A stretch of 64,000 nucleotides of DNA, taken from positions 1,344,001-1,408,000 of the forward strand of contig CAWGMQ010000003.1 in the NCBI GenBank assembly GCA_963823665.1. The letters are read 5' to 3'. Source of the stretch: an uncultured Planctomycetota bacterium. GTDB lineage: Bacteria; Planctomycetota; Planctomycetia; Isosphaerales; Isosphaeraceae. Made by a program: the position numbers and the translations under genes. This document shows positions 11,557 through 22,837 of this stretch, piece by piece (the first letter of the stretch is position 1; the number at the start of each line of letters is the position of its first letter). The notes beneath the pieces are model-generated. The model saw nothing but the letters and a program-made list of their open reading frames with translations, searched no databases and was not told the origin of the DNA.

Positions 11557-14500
11557 CCGCAAGCAGAGTCACCGAGAGCAAGCCCACGACCGCGAGCGAG
11601 GTCCGGCTGGTCGAGGTCCTGGACGCCTACATGGCCGCCGCCCAGGAGGGGCGTGCGCCGACGAGGGACGAGCTGCTGGCCGAGCATCCCGAGCTGGCCG
11701 AGGATTTGGAGGCGTGCCTGGCGAGCCTTGAGTTTATTGGGCGGGCGTCGCTGGCGGCGCCGCCGGTGGTTTTTGATTCCCCGTCGGCCGAAGCGGGTGA
11801 AGGCGAGCCGGGGATTGGAGACCTGGGCGACTTTCGGCTGGTCGCGGAGATCGGCCGGGGCGGTATGGGCGTGGTGTACGAGGCGGTGCAGCGCTCGCTG
11901 AACCGCCGGGTGGCGCTCAAGGTGCTTCCGTTCGCGGCGGCGATGGACCCGACGCAGCTTCGGCGGTTTCAGACCGAGGCTTTGGCCGCGGCGCAGCTTC
12001 ATCACACGCATATCGTGCCGGTCTATTCGGTGGGCTGCGAGCGAGGCGTGCATTATTACGCCATGCAGTTCATCGAGGGGCAGACGCTGGCGCAGGCGAT
12101 CGCCGAACGCAAGCTGGCACGCGATTCCGAAGCCTGAGCGCCGAACAGTCACGCGAACTGTCGACCGAGACCCAATCCGGACTCTCCGACTCGCGCACCG
12201 CTCGCCCAGCCCGTCCTCGCGCAGCCGAGAGTACTTTCGAAAAGCCGCCGAGCTGGGCATCCAGGCGGCCGAGGCGCTCGACCACGCGCACAAGGTCGGC
12301 ATCGTGCATCGCGACATCAAGCCGGCCAATCTGCTTGCTGGACGTCCAGGGCAACCTCTGGGTCACGGATTTCGGATTGGCCCGACTCCGGGATGACACC
12401 GGCCTGACGATCACGGGCGACTTGCTGGGAACGCTCCGCTACATGAGCCCTGAGCAGGCGCTGGCGAAGCGGATGGTGATTGACCATCGCACCGACATTT
12501 ACTCACTGGGTGCGACGCTCTACGAGCTGGTGACGCTCCATCCGGCGATCGATGGGCAAGACCGGCAGGAGATCCTCCGCAAGATCGCGCAGGATGAGCC
12601 GACGCCCCCACGACGGTTGAACCCGTCGATCCCGCGCGAGCTGGAGACGATCCTGCTCAAGGCGATGAACAAGGAGCCGGAATCGCGGTACGCGACGGCT
12701 CAGGAGCTGGCCGACGATCTGGAGCGGTTCCTCGACGGCAAGCCGATCAAGGCGCGGCGGCCGACGTTCCTGGAGCGCGCGACGAAGTGGACACGCCGCC
12801 ACCGGACTCTGGTCGGCTCCGCCGCGGTTGTACTGATCATTGCGGTGATTGGCCTGTCGATCGCCGCGGCGCTCATCTGGCGTGAACGGGACAGGACCCA
12901 GAGGGCGTACCGGGCAGAAGCCGAGCAGCGCACGCTGCTCGCGACAAACCTGGACCTGGCGCTCAAAGTACTGGATGAGATTTATCTTGACGTGGCCGAG
13001 AAGCGCTTGCCGCGCAAGTCGCAATTCGAGTCAGAGGACCGCGAGCTCTTGCGGAAGGCGCTGGCGTTCTACGAGCTCTTCGCGACCCAGAACGATACGA
13101 GCCGGCATGCTCGATTCGAGGCCGGCAGCGCGTACGATCGGGCCGGGAACATCCGGTATATCTTGGGTGAGCATGTTCGCGCCCAGGAGGATTACGATCG
13201 GGCCATCTCCGTGCTGGAACAATTAACCGCCGAAGCGCCCGCGGAGCCTCGGAACCGAAAGCGCCTGGCCGAGGTTTACGCCAGTGTGTGCAGAGTTCTG
13301 AGAAAAAAGGGGAACCCGCGCGAGGCGGAGCGAGTCGGTCGCCAGGCCCTTGCCATCCGCCAGAAGCTGGTCGACGACTTCCCCCAAGATAGGGCCTACA
13401 GGTTCGATTTGGCCAAGAGCTACCACGGGCTGCTCTTGTCGCTGGCACATGGCGGCTCGCTTCCAGAAGCCGTCGAATCCGGGCAACATTCCATCGAGAT
13501 ACTGGAAGGACTGGTGAGGGAGTTCCCCCAAGAATCTAAATACGCGAGAGAGCTCTCCAACGCCTACAACACGCTGGGCGTTCAGGTTTGGTCCTTCGGG
13601 CGGACTAAGGAGGCAGCGGCCGACTACCGCAAGGCCGTGGAGATTCTGGTGAAGCTGGTTGGGGACAATCCCACTGGCGCCGATGACCGGGTAAGTCTAG
13701 GTTATCTCTGCCAGAACCTGAGCGTCGTGCTCGGCCCCGACGAGATGGCGGCCAGAGAGCGCTACACCCGCCAAGCCGTCCGCCTCTGGGAGCAATTGGC
13801 GAGCGACTTTCCCAATGTCCGCGAGAATCAGAACTGTCTGTCCTCCAACTATGACATTCTTGCCGACCTACTGAGCGACCAAGGCCTCCGGGAGCAAGCC
13901 GACCAGGCTCGCCGCCGGGCCCTCGAAATCCGCGAACGCATGGTGCAACGCGACCCTGACGTGCCGGTCTATCGGTCCGCGCTCGGTGCCACGCTTAACA
14001 ATCTGGCTTTGGACCTAACGGCGAGGGGCGAGGTAGCTGAAGCCCGGCGCCTTCTCGATCGAGCGATCCAGCAGCAGCGCATCGCGCTCGGGACGAATCC
14101 GGCCAACCCCGTCTGCCGCCAGTTTCTGCGGAATCATCACGCCGCACGCACACACGTCCTGATCGGCCTCGGAGCGCACAAGGAGGCGGCTCTGGCCGCC
14201 GCGGAACTGCCGCGCTTCTCGCCCCTACAATGGCAGGACCACATCCTGGCCGCGCAGATCCTCGCAACCTGCTTCTCAGCGACCGATGCCGACGCCAGGA
14301 TTCCGCTGCCGGAGCGCGAGGCCGAGGCACGGTCCTACGCGAACCAGGCTGAGATTCTCCTTCGCGACCTTCCCGGGCTGATTGGCGACGAACCAGAGGG
14401 CCTCAAAAGATTGGCGACCATGCTGGCAAACTGCGAAGTTGTCCGCTTCCGCGACCCGGCGCGGGCGGTGGGCCTGGCGACGAAGGCCACTGAGCTGCTT

Positions 14501-14839
14501 CCGAACGATCCGGCGAGTTGGAGCACGCTGGGCCTGGCGCATCACCGTGCTGGTAACTTGAAAGACGCGATCGATGCTCTGAAGAAGTCGATGCAGCTTG
14601 GCTCTAGTGGCAATGTTTCCGATTCGTTCCTACTGGCGATGGCCTACTGGCGGAATAACGAGAAGGATCAAGCCCGCCAATGGTATGGCAGGGCCATCGA
14701 AACAATGGAGAAGGACCATTCAGAGGACGATGAACTCCGCCGCTTTCATGCCGAGGCCTCAGCCCTGCTGGGCCTGACCGACCATCCGACCCGTTCCGGG
14801 AAGAAGGAGGAAAACACGCCGCCGCAATCGAAGCCGTGA
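11553..14839 (+). CDS. Ser/Thr protein kinase with TM helix and C-terminal TPR repeats (frameshifts near 12130 and 12334)
   Basis: [10 protein letters not shown] and VALK lie in the first frame. [37 protein letters not shown] is read manually in a second frame at ~12220-12333. [13 protein letters not shown], the TM ([20 protein letters not shown]) and TPRs lie in ORF 12335-14839. Confidence 0.88.
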
Positions 14840-15075
14840 ACGCGGGGCTCGCCGTCGAGCCCGACCCATGAACGATCGAGCCGGCACTGCGTTTTGAGGA
14901 AGCGAGGCCGCCGGCGGTCTGTCCCATGCATCGCCTTCTTAAGCAAAGGACTCCGATGAGTCCTGCCGCTCAGGCTGCGCGCCGAGAGCGGTGATCGTGT
15001 TGCCGCCATCGCGATATTCGTCGTGCAGATCTTCTCCCAGAAGTCACGAGTTTCGATCCACAAGGAGCCGCACCC

Positions 15076-18000
15076 ATGCCGCGTCACCTCTCCTCCGTGC
15101 AACGTCTGACCAGTCGAGCTCGCCAACACGCCCGCGTCCGGCGCAGCCGCCGGCTCTGGGTGCCGGAGGGGCTGGAGGGCCGGGTTCTCTTGTCGGGCAA
15201 CCCGACGTATTACACGGTCAACCTGACGAGCGACACCGGGGCGAACTCGGGCACCGACGCCTACCCCACGGCGGGCACTCCGTCGGGCGACCTGCTCTGG
15301 GCCGTCACCCAGGCCAACGCCAATACCAACCCGGCGGGCAGCGTCATCGAGTTTGATCCGACGGTCTTCGCCACAATGCAGACGATCACGCTCTCCAGCA
15401 CACTCGAGCTGAGCGAATCGGCCGGGCCGGAGGTGATCGATGGGCCGAGCGCGGGAGTTTTGATCAGCGGCAACAATGCCGTCGAAGTGTTCCGGGTCGA
15501 TAGCGGTGTGACGGCCATGCTCGCGGGCTTGACGATCTCGGGGGGCTCGGCCCCTGACGGCGGCGGCATCTACAGCTACAGCGATGGCACGCTGACGCTC
15601 AGTGAATGCACCGTCTCCGGCAACACGGCCGGCCTGGGCGCTGGCATTGTCAGCTTTGGTACGCTCACGCTGACCGGCAGCACGGTGGAGGGCAACACGG
15701 GCAGCTATGCCGGCGGCATCTATTCCCAGTCCCCAACTGCGACGATCTCCAGCAGCACGATCGCGAACAATTCGAGCTTCGGCATTACGATCAAGGACGG
15801 TGGGACGCTTACGGTCGACGACGGCAGCACGGTCGAGGGCAACACGGCCGCCGGGATCCTCGTCCAAAACGCCACGGCGACGATCACCGACACGGCCATC
15901 ACGAACAACACGGCTGGCGGCGTCAACATCGGGACAGACAACCCGCAGCAACCCGCGTCGGCGACGATCACCGCCTGCACCATCTCCGGCAACTCGACCA
16001 TCCGCAACGGCGGTGGCATCTACAACCGCGGGACGCTTGCGGTCAGCGACTCGACCATTGCGGCCAACTCAGCCACCGGCGTCGGAAGCGGCGGCGGCGG
16101 CATCTACAACGGCGGCACGCTGATGCTCGCCGACAGCGCGATCGAGGGCAATTCAACCAGCGGGGAGGGTTCCGGCGGCGGGATCTCAATCTCCAACGGT
16201 GGCGCGGCGACAGTGACCGCCTGCACCATCGCCGAGAACTCGGCCGGCTACGGCGGCGGCGGCGCCGGCGTCGGCAACGGCGGCACGCTTTCGATCGTCG
16301 ATTCTAACATCGCGGGAAACGCGGTCGCACCCGGCAGCCCAAGCGGCGGCGGCGGCATCCTCAATTATGGGACGACGACGGTCAGCGACACCACGATCAC
16401 AGACAACTCCGCCGGCGGCGGCGGCGACACCTACCCCTCAGGCGGCGGCGGCATCCTCAACCGTGGCACGTTTACGGTCAGCGACAGCACGATCGCAGGC
16501 AACTTGGCCGGCGCCTACAGCGGCGGCGGCGGCGGCATCGTTAACTTCGCCACACTGACGGCCGTCAACACCACCATCGCCTACAATGACACCGGCGCGC
16601 CATCCGCGATCGGGGGCGGCTTGTACGCTTACAGTGGCACCACGATCTTGTATAACACGATTGTGGCCGCCAATACGGCTGACGATGGGGCCGACGACAT
16701 CGTCGGCGCTATTGCTTCGAGCAGCTCGAACAATCTGGTCGGCGTCGACGAGACCGGCAGCGTGGCCAGCTCAATCAACCCCATCGTGATCGGGACCGCC
16801 AACCCGGGGCTGGGCCTTCTGGCGTACAACGGAGGGCCGACGCAAACCATCGCGCTATTGGCGGGTAGTCCGGCCATTGACGCAGGAAGTAATGCCCTGG
16901 CCAACGACTACTCCCTGACCACCGACCAGCGCGGGCCCGGCTTTCCGCGAATCGTCAATGGTACGGTGGACATCGGGGCTTTCGAGCGGCCCACCGCCGC
17001 GTCCATCCGCGCCGCGACGATCTACACCGTCGACCTCACGAGCAACAATGGCTCCAGTACCAGCGCCCTTGCCGGCGACCTGCCCTATGTTATCGGCCAG
17101 GTTAACTTGAACCCGAACTTGGCCGGCAGCGTGATCGAGTTTGCCGCGACGGTGTTCAGCGCGTCCAACCCGCAGACGATCACTCTCTCGAGCACACTGG
17201 AGCTGGGCGACCCGTCCGGGCCGCTGGTGATCGACGGCCCCGGCGCGGGCGCGGTCACGATCAGCGGGGCTAACACCGTTGGCGTTTTCCAGTCCCGACC
17301 GGGCGCGGTGACCACCCTTTCGAGCCTGACCATCTCGGGGGGCTCGGTTGCCCGCGAGGGGGGCGGCATCTTCGTTTCTGGTGCCAGCACGTTGACGGTT
17401 AGCGGCTGCACGATTACAAATAACGCGGCCGGATCCCAGGGCGGCGGCATCGACGTCGCGAACGGCGGCACGCTGACGCTCAGCGAATGCACCGTCTCCG
17501 GCAACACGGTCGGCGGCGATGGCGGCGGCATCTTCAGCGATGGTACGCTCACGTTGACCGACAGCACGGTCGAGGGCAACACCGCGGGCGGCTATGCCGA
17601 CGGAATCTTTTCCGACGGTTCTGCGACGATTTCCGGCAGCACGATCGCGGACAATTCGGGCACCGGCGTCTGGATCGGTGACGGTGGAACGCTGACCCTC
17701 GACGACGGCAGCACGGTCGATGGCAACGCGGGCGGCGGGATCTTCCTGCTAAGCGCGACCGCGACGGTCACCAGCACCGCGATCACGAACAGCTCGGGGA
17801 GCGGCGTTTCCATCGCGGTCCACAACCCGCAGCAACCCGCGTCGGCGACGATCACCGGCTGTACCATCTCTGGCAACTCGTCCATCCGCAACGGCGGCGG
17901 CATCGATAACGGTGGCGCGCTAACGCTCACCGACTGTACGATCTCGGGCGATTCGGCTGGCGGCATCGATGGCTACTACGGCGGCGGAATCTTCAACACC

Positions 18001-21000
18001 GGCACGGTGACCGTGACTGGCACCACGATCTCGAGCAACCTGGCTGCCGCCGGGGGCGGCATCTGGAACCAGGGTGCGCTGACCCTGTTCAACTCCACCA
18101 TCTCGGGCAACTCGACCGAGGCCAACGGCGGCGGCATCTTCAGTGAAGGTCCGTTCACGGCCGTCAACACCACCATCGCGTATAACGATGGCGGCTTTAA
18201 CTATTTCGGCGGCGCCGGTGATGGCGCCGGCGTGTATGTTTACGTTGATGGTGCCACGACGATCCTCTACAACACGATCATCGCCGCCAACACGGCCGAC
18301 GATGGGCCCGACGACATCGGCGGTGCCGGAGTATCCTCGGCCAGTGCGTACAACCTGGTTGGCGTCGACGAGACCGGCAGCTTCACGAGCGGCAGCAACG
18401 GCAACATCCTGGTCGGGCTCACCAACTCCGGGCTCGGGACGCTGGCGAGCAACGGCGGGCCCACCCAGACCATCGCACTATTGCCCGGCAGCCCGGCCAT
18501 CGGCGCCGGTAAGAACGGGATCAACGGCTTCACCCTCTTCACGGACCAGCGCGGCGATGTCGCGCCCGCCTGGGTCTGGGACATCGGCGCGTATCAGCTC
18601 AATGGCATCGCGCCCGCGGCACCAGCCGCCGCACTGGCCGCGGCCAACGTGACTCCGGGGGACTACGGCCAGACCAGCTATACCTTCAGCATCACCTTCG
18701 CCAGTAACGCCGCCATCGAGGCGTCGACCCTGGCCGGCGCGGTCGTGCAAGTGGTGCCGCCTGCCGGCGCCGGCGGCGCGATCACCACAACCGCCGTAAG
18801 CACAGCGGCCAATGGCCCAACCGATCCCTTGGGCAACGCCCAGTCGTTCACCGTCACCTACCAGATCACGCCGCCGGGCGGCTCATGGTCGGCGGCCGAC
18901 AACGGCACGTACTCGATCACACTCGGCGGTGCACAGGTCACCGACGTCGACGGGACCGCGATTTCTAGCGGAGCCCTCGGATCCTTCGTCGTTCAAGGCG
19001 TCTCCACCGCGACGACCTTGAGCGCTTCGGCCAATCCATCAGTTTATGGCCAGCCGGTGACCTTCATCGCCACGGTGGCCGCCAACAGCTCGGGATCGGG
19101 CACACCGGCCGGCACGATTCAGTTTGAGATCGACGGCAGCGATTTCGGCGGTCCTGTCACTCTGGTCAACGGCGCAGCCACCGGCGCCGCCGTCAGTTCG
19201 CTCGCGGTTGCCGACCACACGATCCAGGCCGTCTACAGCGGAAACTCCATTTTCCTCGCGAGCACCGGCACGCTGACTCAATTGGTCAACAAGGACAGCA
19301 CGACAACCGGAGTCGTCCCATCGGCAAGCACACCGAGCTTCGGCCAGTCCGTGACCCTCGCCGCAACCATCACCGCCAATGCGCCGGGCGCCGGCACACC
19401 CACCGGCAGCGTCGATTTCTTCGACACGACGACTGGGGATGATCTCGGCAGCGTCGCGCTCTCCAGCGGCAAAGCTTCCATGAGTACAGCCAGCCTACCG
19501 GTGGGCGGCAACACGATCAAGGTCACCTATTCCGGGGACGGCAACTTCCTCACGAGCAGTGCCAGCACGGGCACGATCACGATCGGCCAGTCGATCATTG
19601 TTCTCGACCCGACGGCCGGCGGGGCGCTCTCCCTGTCAGGGAATGCGAGCATCAAGCTCACCGCCGGCGTCTTTGTCGATTCCAGCTCGTCGAGTGCCAT
19701 TTCCGCCAGCGGCAACGCCACGGTCAAAGCGTCCGTCATCGACGTGCACGGTGGCGTTTCCAAGAGCGGCAACGCGAGCTTCAGTCCGGCGCCCGTCACC
19801 GGGGCCGCGGTGCTGGCCGATCCGCTGGCCTCGCTGGCGGAGCCGACCACTACCGGACTCACCAACTATGGCTCCGAGAGCCTGAGCGGAAACTCGTCCG
19901 CGACGATCAAGCCCGGCATCTACAGCCAGATCAGCGATTCGGGAAACGGCACGCTCACGATGAACAGCGGTCTCTACATCATCGAAGGAGGGGGCTTCGC
20001 CATCTCCGGCAACGCGAGCGTCGTCGGCTCCGGCGTGACGATCTTCAGCGCCGGAAGCAAGTATCCCGCTACGGGCGGCACCTATGGCAGCATCACGCTC
20101 AGCGGCAACGGCTCGTACAGTTTGAACCCACCGACCACCGGCACCTACGCCGGGATCGTCGGCTTCCAGTCGCGCGACAACGCCAAGGCCATGACCATAA
20201 GCGGCAACGCCTCGGGGATGACGGGCACGATCTACGCTCCGGCAGCGCAACTTGCCGAGAGCGGCAACGCGCAGCTCAATGCGGCGGCGATCGTCGATAC
20301 CATGACGATCAGCGGCAACGGGGTTTCCAATTCCGTCGCGCTGAGCTCACCGGCCGGAACAGTTGCGTACGCGCCCGCCCAGATCCGTAGCGCCTACGGA
20401 ATCAGCTCGCTTGGGCTGGATGGCACCGGCCAAACCATCGCGATCGTCGACGCCTACGATGATCCAGACATCGACCAGGCGCTTGACACATTTGACTCTC
20501 AGTTCGGTCTGACCGCCTCAGGGCCGAGCCTCTACGATCAATATGGGCCGGCATCGTCATTCTTGACGGTGCTCAACCAGTACGGCCAGGCCACGTCCCT
20601 TCCGAGCACGGACCCGAGTGGGCCCGGCACCGACAACTGGGAAGTCGAGGAAGCGCTCGACGTGGAGTGGGCTCACGCGATCGCCCCCGGCGCCCAGATC
20701 ATTCTGGTCGAGGCCAACAGCCAGTCACTATCGGACTTGATAGCGGGCGTGGCCACGGCCGCCGCGCAGCCCGGCGTGTCGGTGGTGTCGATGAGTTGGG
20801 GATTCGCCGAGGGGCAAGCCGTCTTTGCGGCTGATGAGGCCGCGTATGACGACGTTTTCAACGTTCCCGGAGTTACCTTCGTCGCCAGCACGGGCGATTA
20901 CGGGGCGGCCGATCCTGAGTATCCGGCCTATTCGCCGAAAGTCGTCGCGGTCGGCGGGACGAGCCTCACGCTGAATGGGGACGGTTCCTACAACAGCGAG

Positions 21001-21801
21001 ACCGGATGGGGCTATGAATCCGCGTCGCTTGGCACGTTCATCGGATCCGGTGGCGGCATCAGCCTGTACGAGCCCGAGCCGGCATATCAAAGGGGAGTTC
21101 AATCAACGGGCATGCGAACCACGCCCGACGTCTCCCTGGTCGCTGACCCCGCCACCGGCGCGTGGATCGCTGATCCGTACAACCTGGATTCGGGCAATCC
21201 GTTCGAGGTCGTGGGCGGCACGAGCCTGTCGGCGCCGGCCTGGGCGGGCCTGTTGGCGCTGGTCAATCAAGGCCGGGCGGCTGCGGGTCAATCGAGCCTG
21301 AACAGCACGGGCCCGACTGATGCGCAGCAAGCGCTCTACATGCTGCCGCAAAGCAATTACAACGTGCTCGCGGGCGGCAATAATGGCTACGCCGCGGGGG
21401 CAGGGTACAACCTGGTGACCGGGCTCGGGACGCCGGTGGCCAATCTGCTGGTGCCTGATCTCGTGGCGTACAACGGACCCGGCACGAGCTATTCGGGGTC
21501 GACCGTTGCGCCGCTTCTTGATGCAAGCCTGGTCGACACCGGCAGTGGGCCGATCGACGTGTTTAGTGTGTTTAATTCCATCATGGTGACGCATGCCGGA
21601 CAGAGCCAGAAGCGCCCTGCGGCGGGGATTGATTCATCAACTAGACGTGCATCGGCTCCTGCGGTGCAGTCTACGGCGAGGACTGCGATCTCGATGTTCG
21701 ACGGGGTGCTTGAGGTTGCGGCGGACGAGAGCCTGCACGAGATGCTCATTGGCGATCTCGCGTTCGAACAGGTCTCGAATGGGACCCGCAGGAGACCGTG
21801 A
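15076..21801 (+). CDS. Giant extracellular protein (2241 aa): planctomycete N-terminal motif, parallel beta-helix (GGGI.N) repeats with choice-of-anchor-Q-like ends, two Ig-like domains, C-terminal S53 (sedolisin/kumamolisin-like) peptidase
   Basis: Motifs include RRLWVPEGLEGRVLLS, repeated GGGIxNxGTLT, and NGGPTQTIALLxGSPAIxAG...DQRG (twice). S53 motifs: EEALDVEWAHAIAPGA, ASTGD, GSGGG.S, PDVS, GGTSLSAP, GYNLVTGLGTP. AAGGAG RBS. Confidence 0.9.
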   Translation: MPRHLSSVQRLTSRARQHARVRRSRRLWVPEGLEGRVLLSGNPTYYTVNLTSDTGANSGTDAYPTAGTPSGDLLWAVTQANANTNPAGSVIEFDPTVFATMQTITLSSTLELSESAGPEVIDGPSAGVLISGNNAVEVFRVDSGVTAMLAGLTISGGSAPDGGGIYSYSDGTLTLSECTVSGNTAGLGAGIVSFGTLTLTGSTVEGNTGSYAGGIYSQSPTATISSSTIANNSSFGITIKDGGTLTVDDGSTVEGNTAAGILVQNATATITDTAITNNTAGGVNIGTDNPQQPASATITACTISGNSTIRNGGGIYNRGTLAVSDSTIAANSATGVGSGGGGIYNGGTLMLADSAIEGNSTSGEGSGGGISISNGGAATVTACTIAENSAGYGGGGAGVGNGGTLSIVDSNIAGNAVAPGSPSGGGGILNYGTTTVSDTTITDNSAGGGGDTYPSGGGGILNRGTFTVSDSTIAGNLAGAYSGGGGGIVNFATLTAVNTTIAYNDTGAPSAIGGGLYAYSGTTILYNTIVAANTADDGADDIVGAIASSSSNNLVGVDETGSVASSINPIVIGTANPGLGLLAYNGGPTQTIALLAGSPAIDAGSNALANDYSLTTDQRGPGFPRIVNGTVDIGAFERPTAASIRAATIYTVDLTSNNGSSTSALAGDLPYVIGQVNLNPNLAGSVIEFAATVFSASNPQTITLSSTLELGDPSGPLVIDGPGAGAVTISGANTVGVFQSRPGAVTTLSSLTISGGSVAREGGGIFVSGASTLTVSGCTITNNAAGSQGGGIDVANGGTLTLSECTVSGNTVGGDGGGIFSDGTLTLTDSTVEGNTAGGYADGIFSDGSATISGSTIADNSGTGVWIGDGGTLTLDDGSTVDGNAGGGIFLLSATATVTSTAITNSSGSGVSIAVHNPQQPASATITGCTISGNSSIRNGGGIDNGGALTLTDCTISGDSAGGIDGYYGGGIFNTGTVTVTGTTISSNLAAAGGGIWNQGALTLFNSTISGNSTEANGGGIFSEGPFTAVNTTIAYNDGGFNYFGGAGDGAGVYVYVDGATTILYNTIIAANTADDGPDDIGGAGVSSASAYNLVGVDETGSFTSGSNGNILVGLTNSGLGTLASNGGPTQTIALLPGSPAIGAGKNGINGFTLFTDQRGDVAPAWVWDIGAYQLNGIAPAAPAAALAAANVTPGDYGQTSYTFSITFASNAAIEASTLAGAVVQVVPPAGAGGAITTTAVSTAANGPTDPLGNAQSFTVTYQITPPGGSWSAADNGTYSITLGGAQVTDVDGTAISSGALGSFVVQGVSTATTLSASANPSVYGQPVTFIATVAANSSGSGTPAGTIQFEIDGSDFGGPVTLVNGAATGAAVSSLAVADHTIQAVYSGNSIFLASTGTLTQLVNKDSTTTGVVPSASTPSFGQSVTLAATITANAPGAGTPTGSVDFFDTTTGDDLGSVALSSGKASMSTASLPVGGNTIKVTYSGDGNFLTSSASTGTITIGQSIIVLDPTAGGALSLSGNASIKLTAGVFVDSSSSSAISASGNATVKASVIDVHGGVSKSGNASFSPAPVTGAAVLADPLASLAEPTTTGLTNYGSESLSGNSSATIKPGIYSQISDSGNGTLTMNSGLYIIEGGGFAISGNASVVGSGVTIFSAGSKYPATGGTYGSITLSGNGSYSLNPPTTGTYAGIVGFQSRDNAKAMTISGNASGMTGTIYAPAAQLAESGNAQLNAAAIVDTMTISGNGVSNSVALSSPAGTVAYAPAQIRSAYGISSLGLDGTGQTIAIVDAYDDPDIDQALDTFDSQFGLTASGPSLYDQYGPASSFLTVLNQYGQATSLPSTDPSGPGTDNWEVEEALDVEWAHAIAPGAQIILVEANSQSLSDLIAGVATAAAQPGVSVVSMSWGFAEGQAVFAADEAAYDDVFNVPGVTFVASTGDYGAADPEYPAYSPKVVAVGGTSLTLNGDGSYNSETGWGYESASLGTFIGSGGGISLYEPEPAYQRGVQSTGMRTTPDVSLVADPATGAWIADPYNLDSGNPFEVVGGTSLSAPAWAGLLALVNQGRAAAGQSSLNSTGPTDAQQALYMLPQSNYNVLAGGNNGYAAGAGYNLVTGLGTPVANLLVPDLVAYNGPGTSYSGSTVAPLLDASLVDTGSGPIDVFSVFNSIMVTHAGQSQKRPAAGIDSSTRRASAPAVQSTARTAISMFDGVLEVAADESLHEMLIGDLAFEQVSNGTRRRP

Positions 21802-21822
21802 CGAGGAGGTGCGGCGAGCGGA

Positions 21823-21967
21823 GGAGACCTTCGGTCCAGGGGACGGCGGGGTCTGGAGACCCGCGCCGAACACGGAGGTCCCTTCGGAGCGAAGGGTGAC
21901 ACTGGGGCGGGGTCTGGAAACGCGCGCTGAACAAAACCACGCCGGGGTCGGAGACGCACGCCGAACA
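21823..21967. repeat. Cluster of REP-like short repeats
   Basis: Three degenerate copies of G(G/C)CGGGGTC(T)GGA(G/A)AC.C(G/A)CGC(C/T)GAACA at ~21845, ~21906 and ~21941, plus CCTTCGGAGCGAAGGGTGACACT at 21881, which resembles the 62.3 kb repeats. Confidence 0.7.
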
Positions 21968-22081
21968 GAAGCGGCGACTCTTCCGATTCGTCCGTACGCG
22001 AGAAGAACCGTCGAATCGAGAGCCTGCGCGGGGGTATAATTTGCGTACGCGGATTTCTGTACTTCTGCGGAGCGATTGCCC

Positions 22082-22837
22082 ATGCCGATTCACGACTGGA
22101 CCCGCGTCGATGCGGGGTTGTTTCATGCGTTCCACCAAAACTGGATCGGCGTTCTTGAACGCGCGCTGAACGCGGGCGTCTTGCCGCCCGGTTACTTTGC
22201 CCTCCGCGAGCAATCGACCCGCGGACCAGTCCCGGATGTCTTGACCCTGGAGTTGCCGACTGGAGGCGACGAGCCGACCGGCGCTGGACTGGCGGTGGCC
22301 GTCTCCCCCCCTCGGACACGACTGGTCCGCCGCGCCGAAGATACGATCTATGTGCAAAAAGCCGATCGGATCGCGGTCCGACATCGCCATGGGCGGGTTG
22401 TTGCCATGGTCGAAATCGTCTCGCCCGGGAATAAGGCGAGCAAGAACGAGCTCCGAACGTTCGTCGAAAAGTCCTCGAAATTGATCGCGCAGGGCGTTCA
22501 TCTGCTGGTGATCGACTTGTTCCCGCCCAGCAAGCGCGATCCCCAGGGCATTCACAAGGCCATCTGGGACGAGTTCGTCGAAGAGGACTTTGCGCTGCCC
22601 GCCGATCAGCGATTGACTCTTGCAGCCTACGATGCGGGGCCGCCGCCAGCAGCTTATGTCGAATTCGTTACTGTCGGAGACACGCTTCCCGACATGCCAG
22701 TATTCCTGAAGCCGGAGTTCTACGTTCCGGCACCGCTCGAGGAATCCTATCAGATCACGTGGGACGAGTTTTTTCCCGCACCGATGAAGAGGCTGCTCGA
22801 GGCTCCGGAAAGCACCCCCCCTGGCCCCCCCTTCTAA
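22082..22837 (+). CDS. DUF4058 family protein
   Basis: The start MPIHDWTRVDAGLFHAFHQNWI and the motifs VEIVSPGNK, GVHLLVIDLFPP and VGDTLPDMPVFL are typical of this planctomycete-enriched family. Confidence 0.85.
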   Translation: MPIHDWTRVDAGLFHAFHQNWIGVLERALNAGVLPPGYFALREQSTRGPVPDVLTLELPTGGDEPTGAGLAVAVSPPRTRLVRRAEDTIYVQKADRIAVRHRHGRVVAMVEIVSPGNKASKNELRTFVEKSSKLIAQGVHLLVIDLFPPSKRDPQGIHKAIWDEFVEEDFALPADQRLTLAAYDAGPPPAAYVEFVTVGDTLPDMPVFLKPEFYVPAPLEESYQITWDEFFPAPMKRLLEAPESTPPGPPF

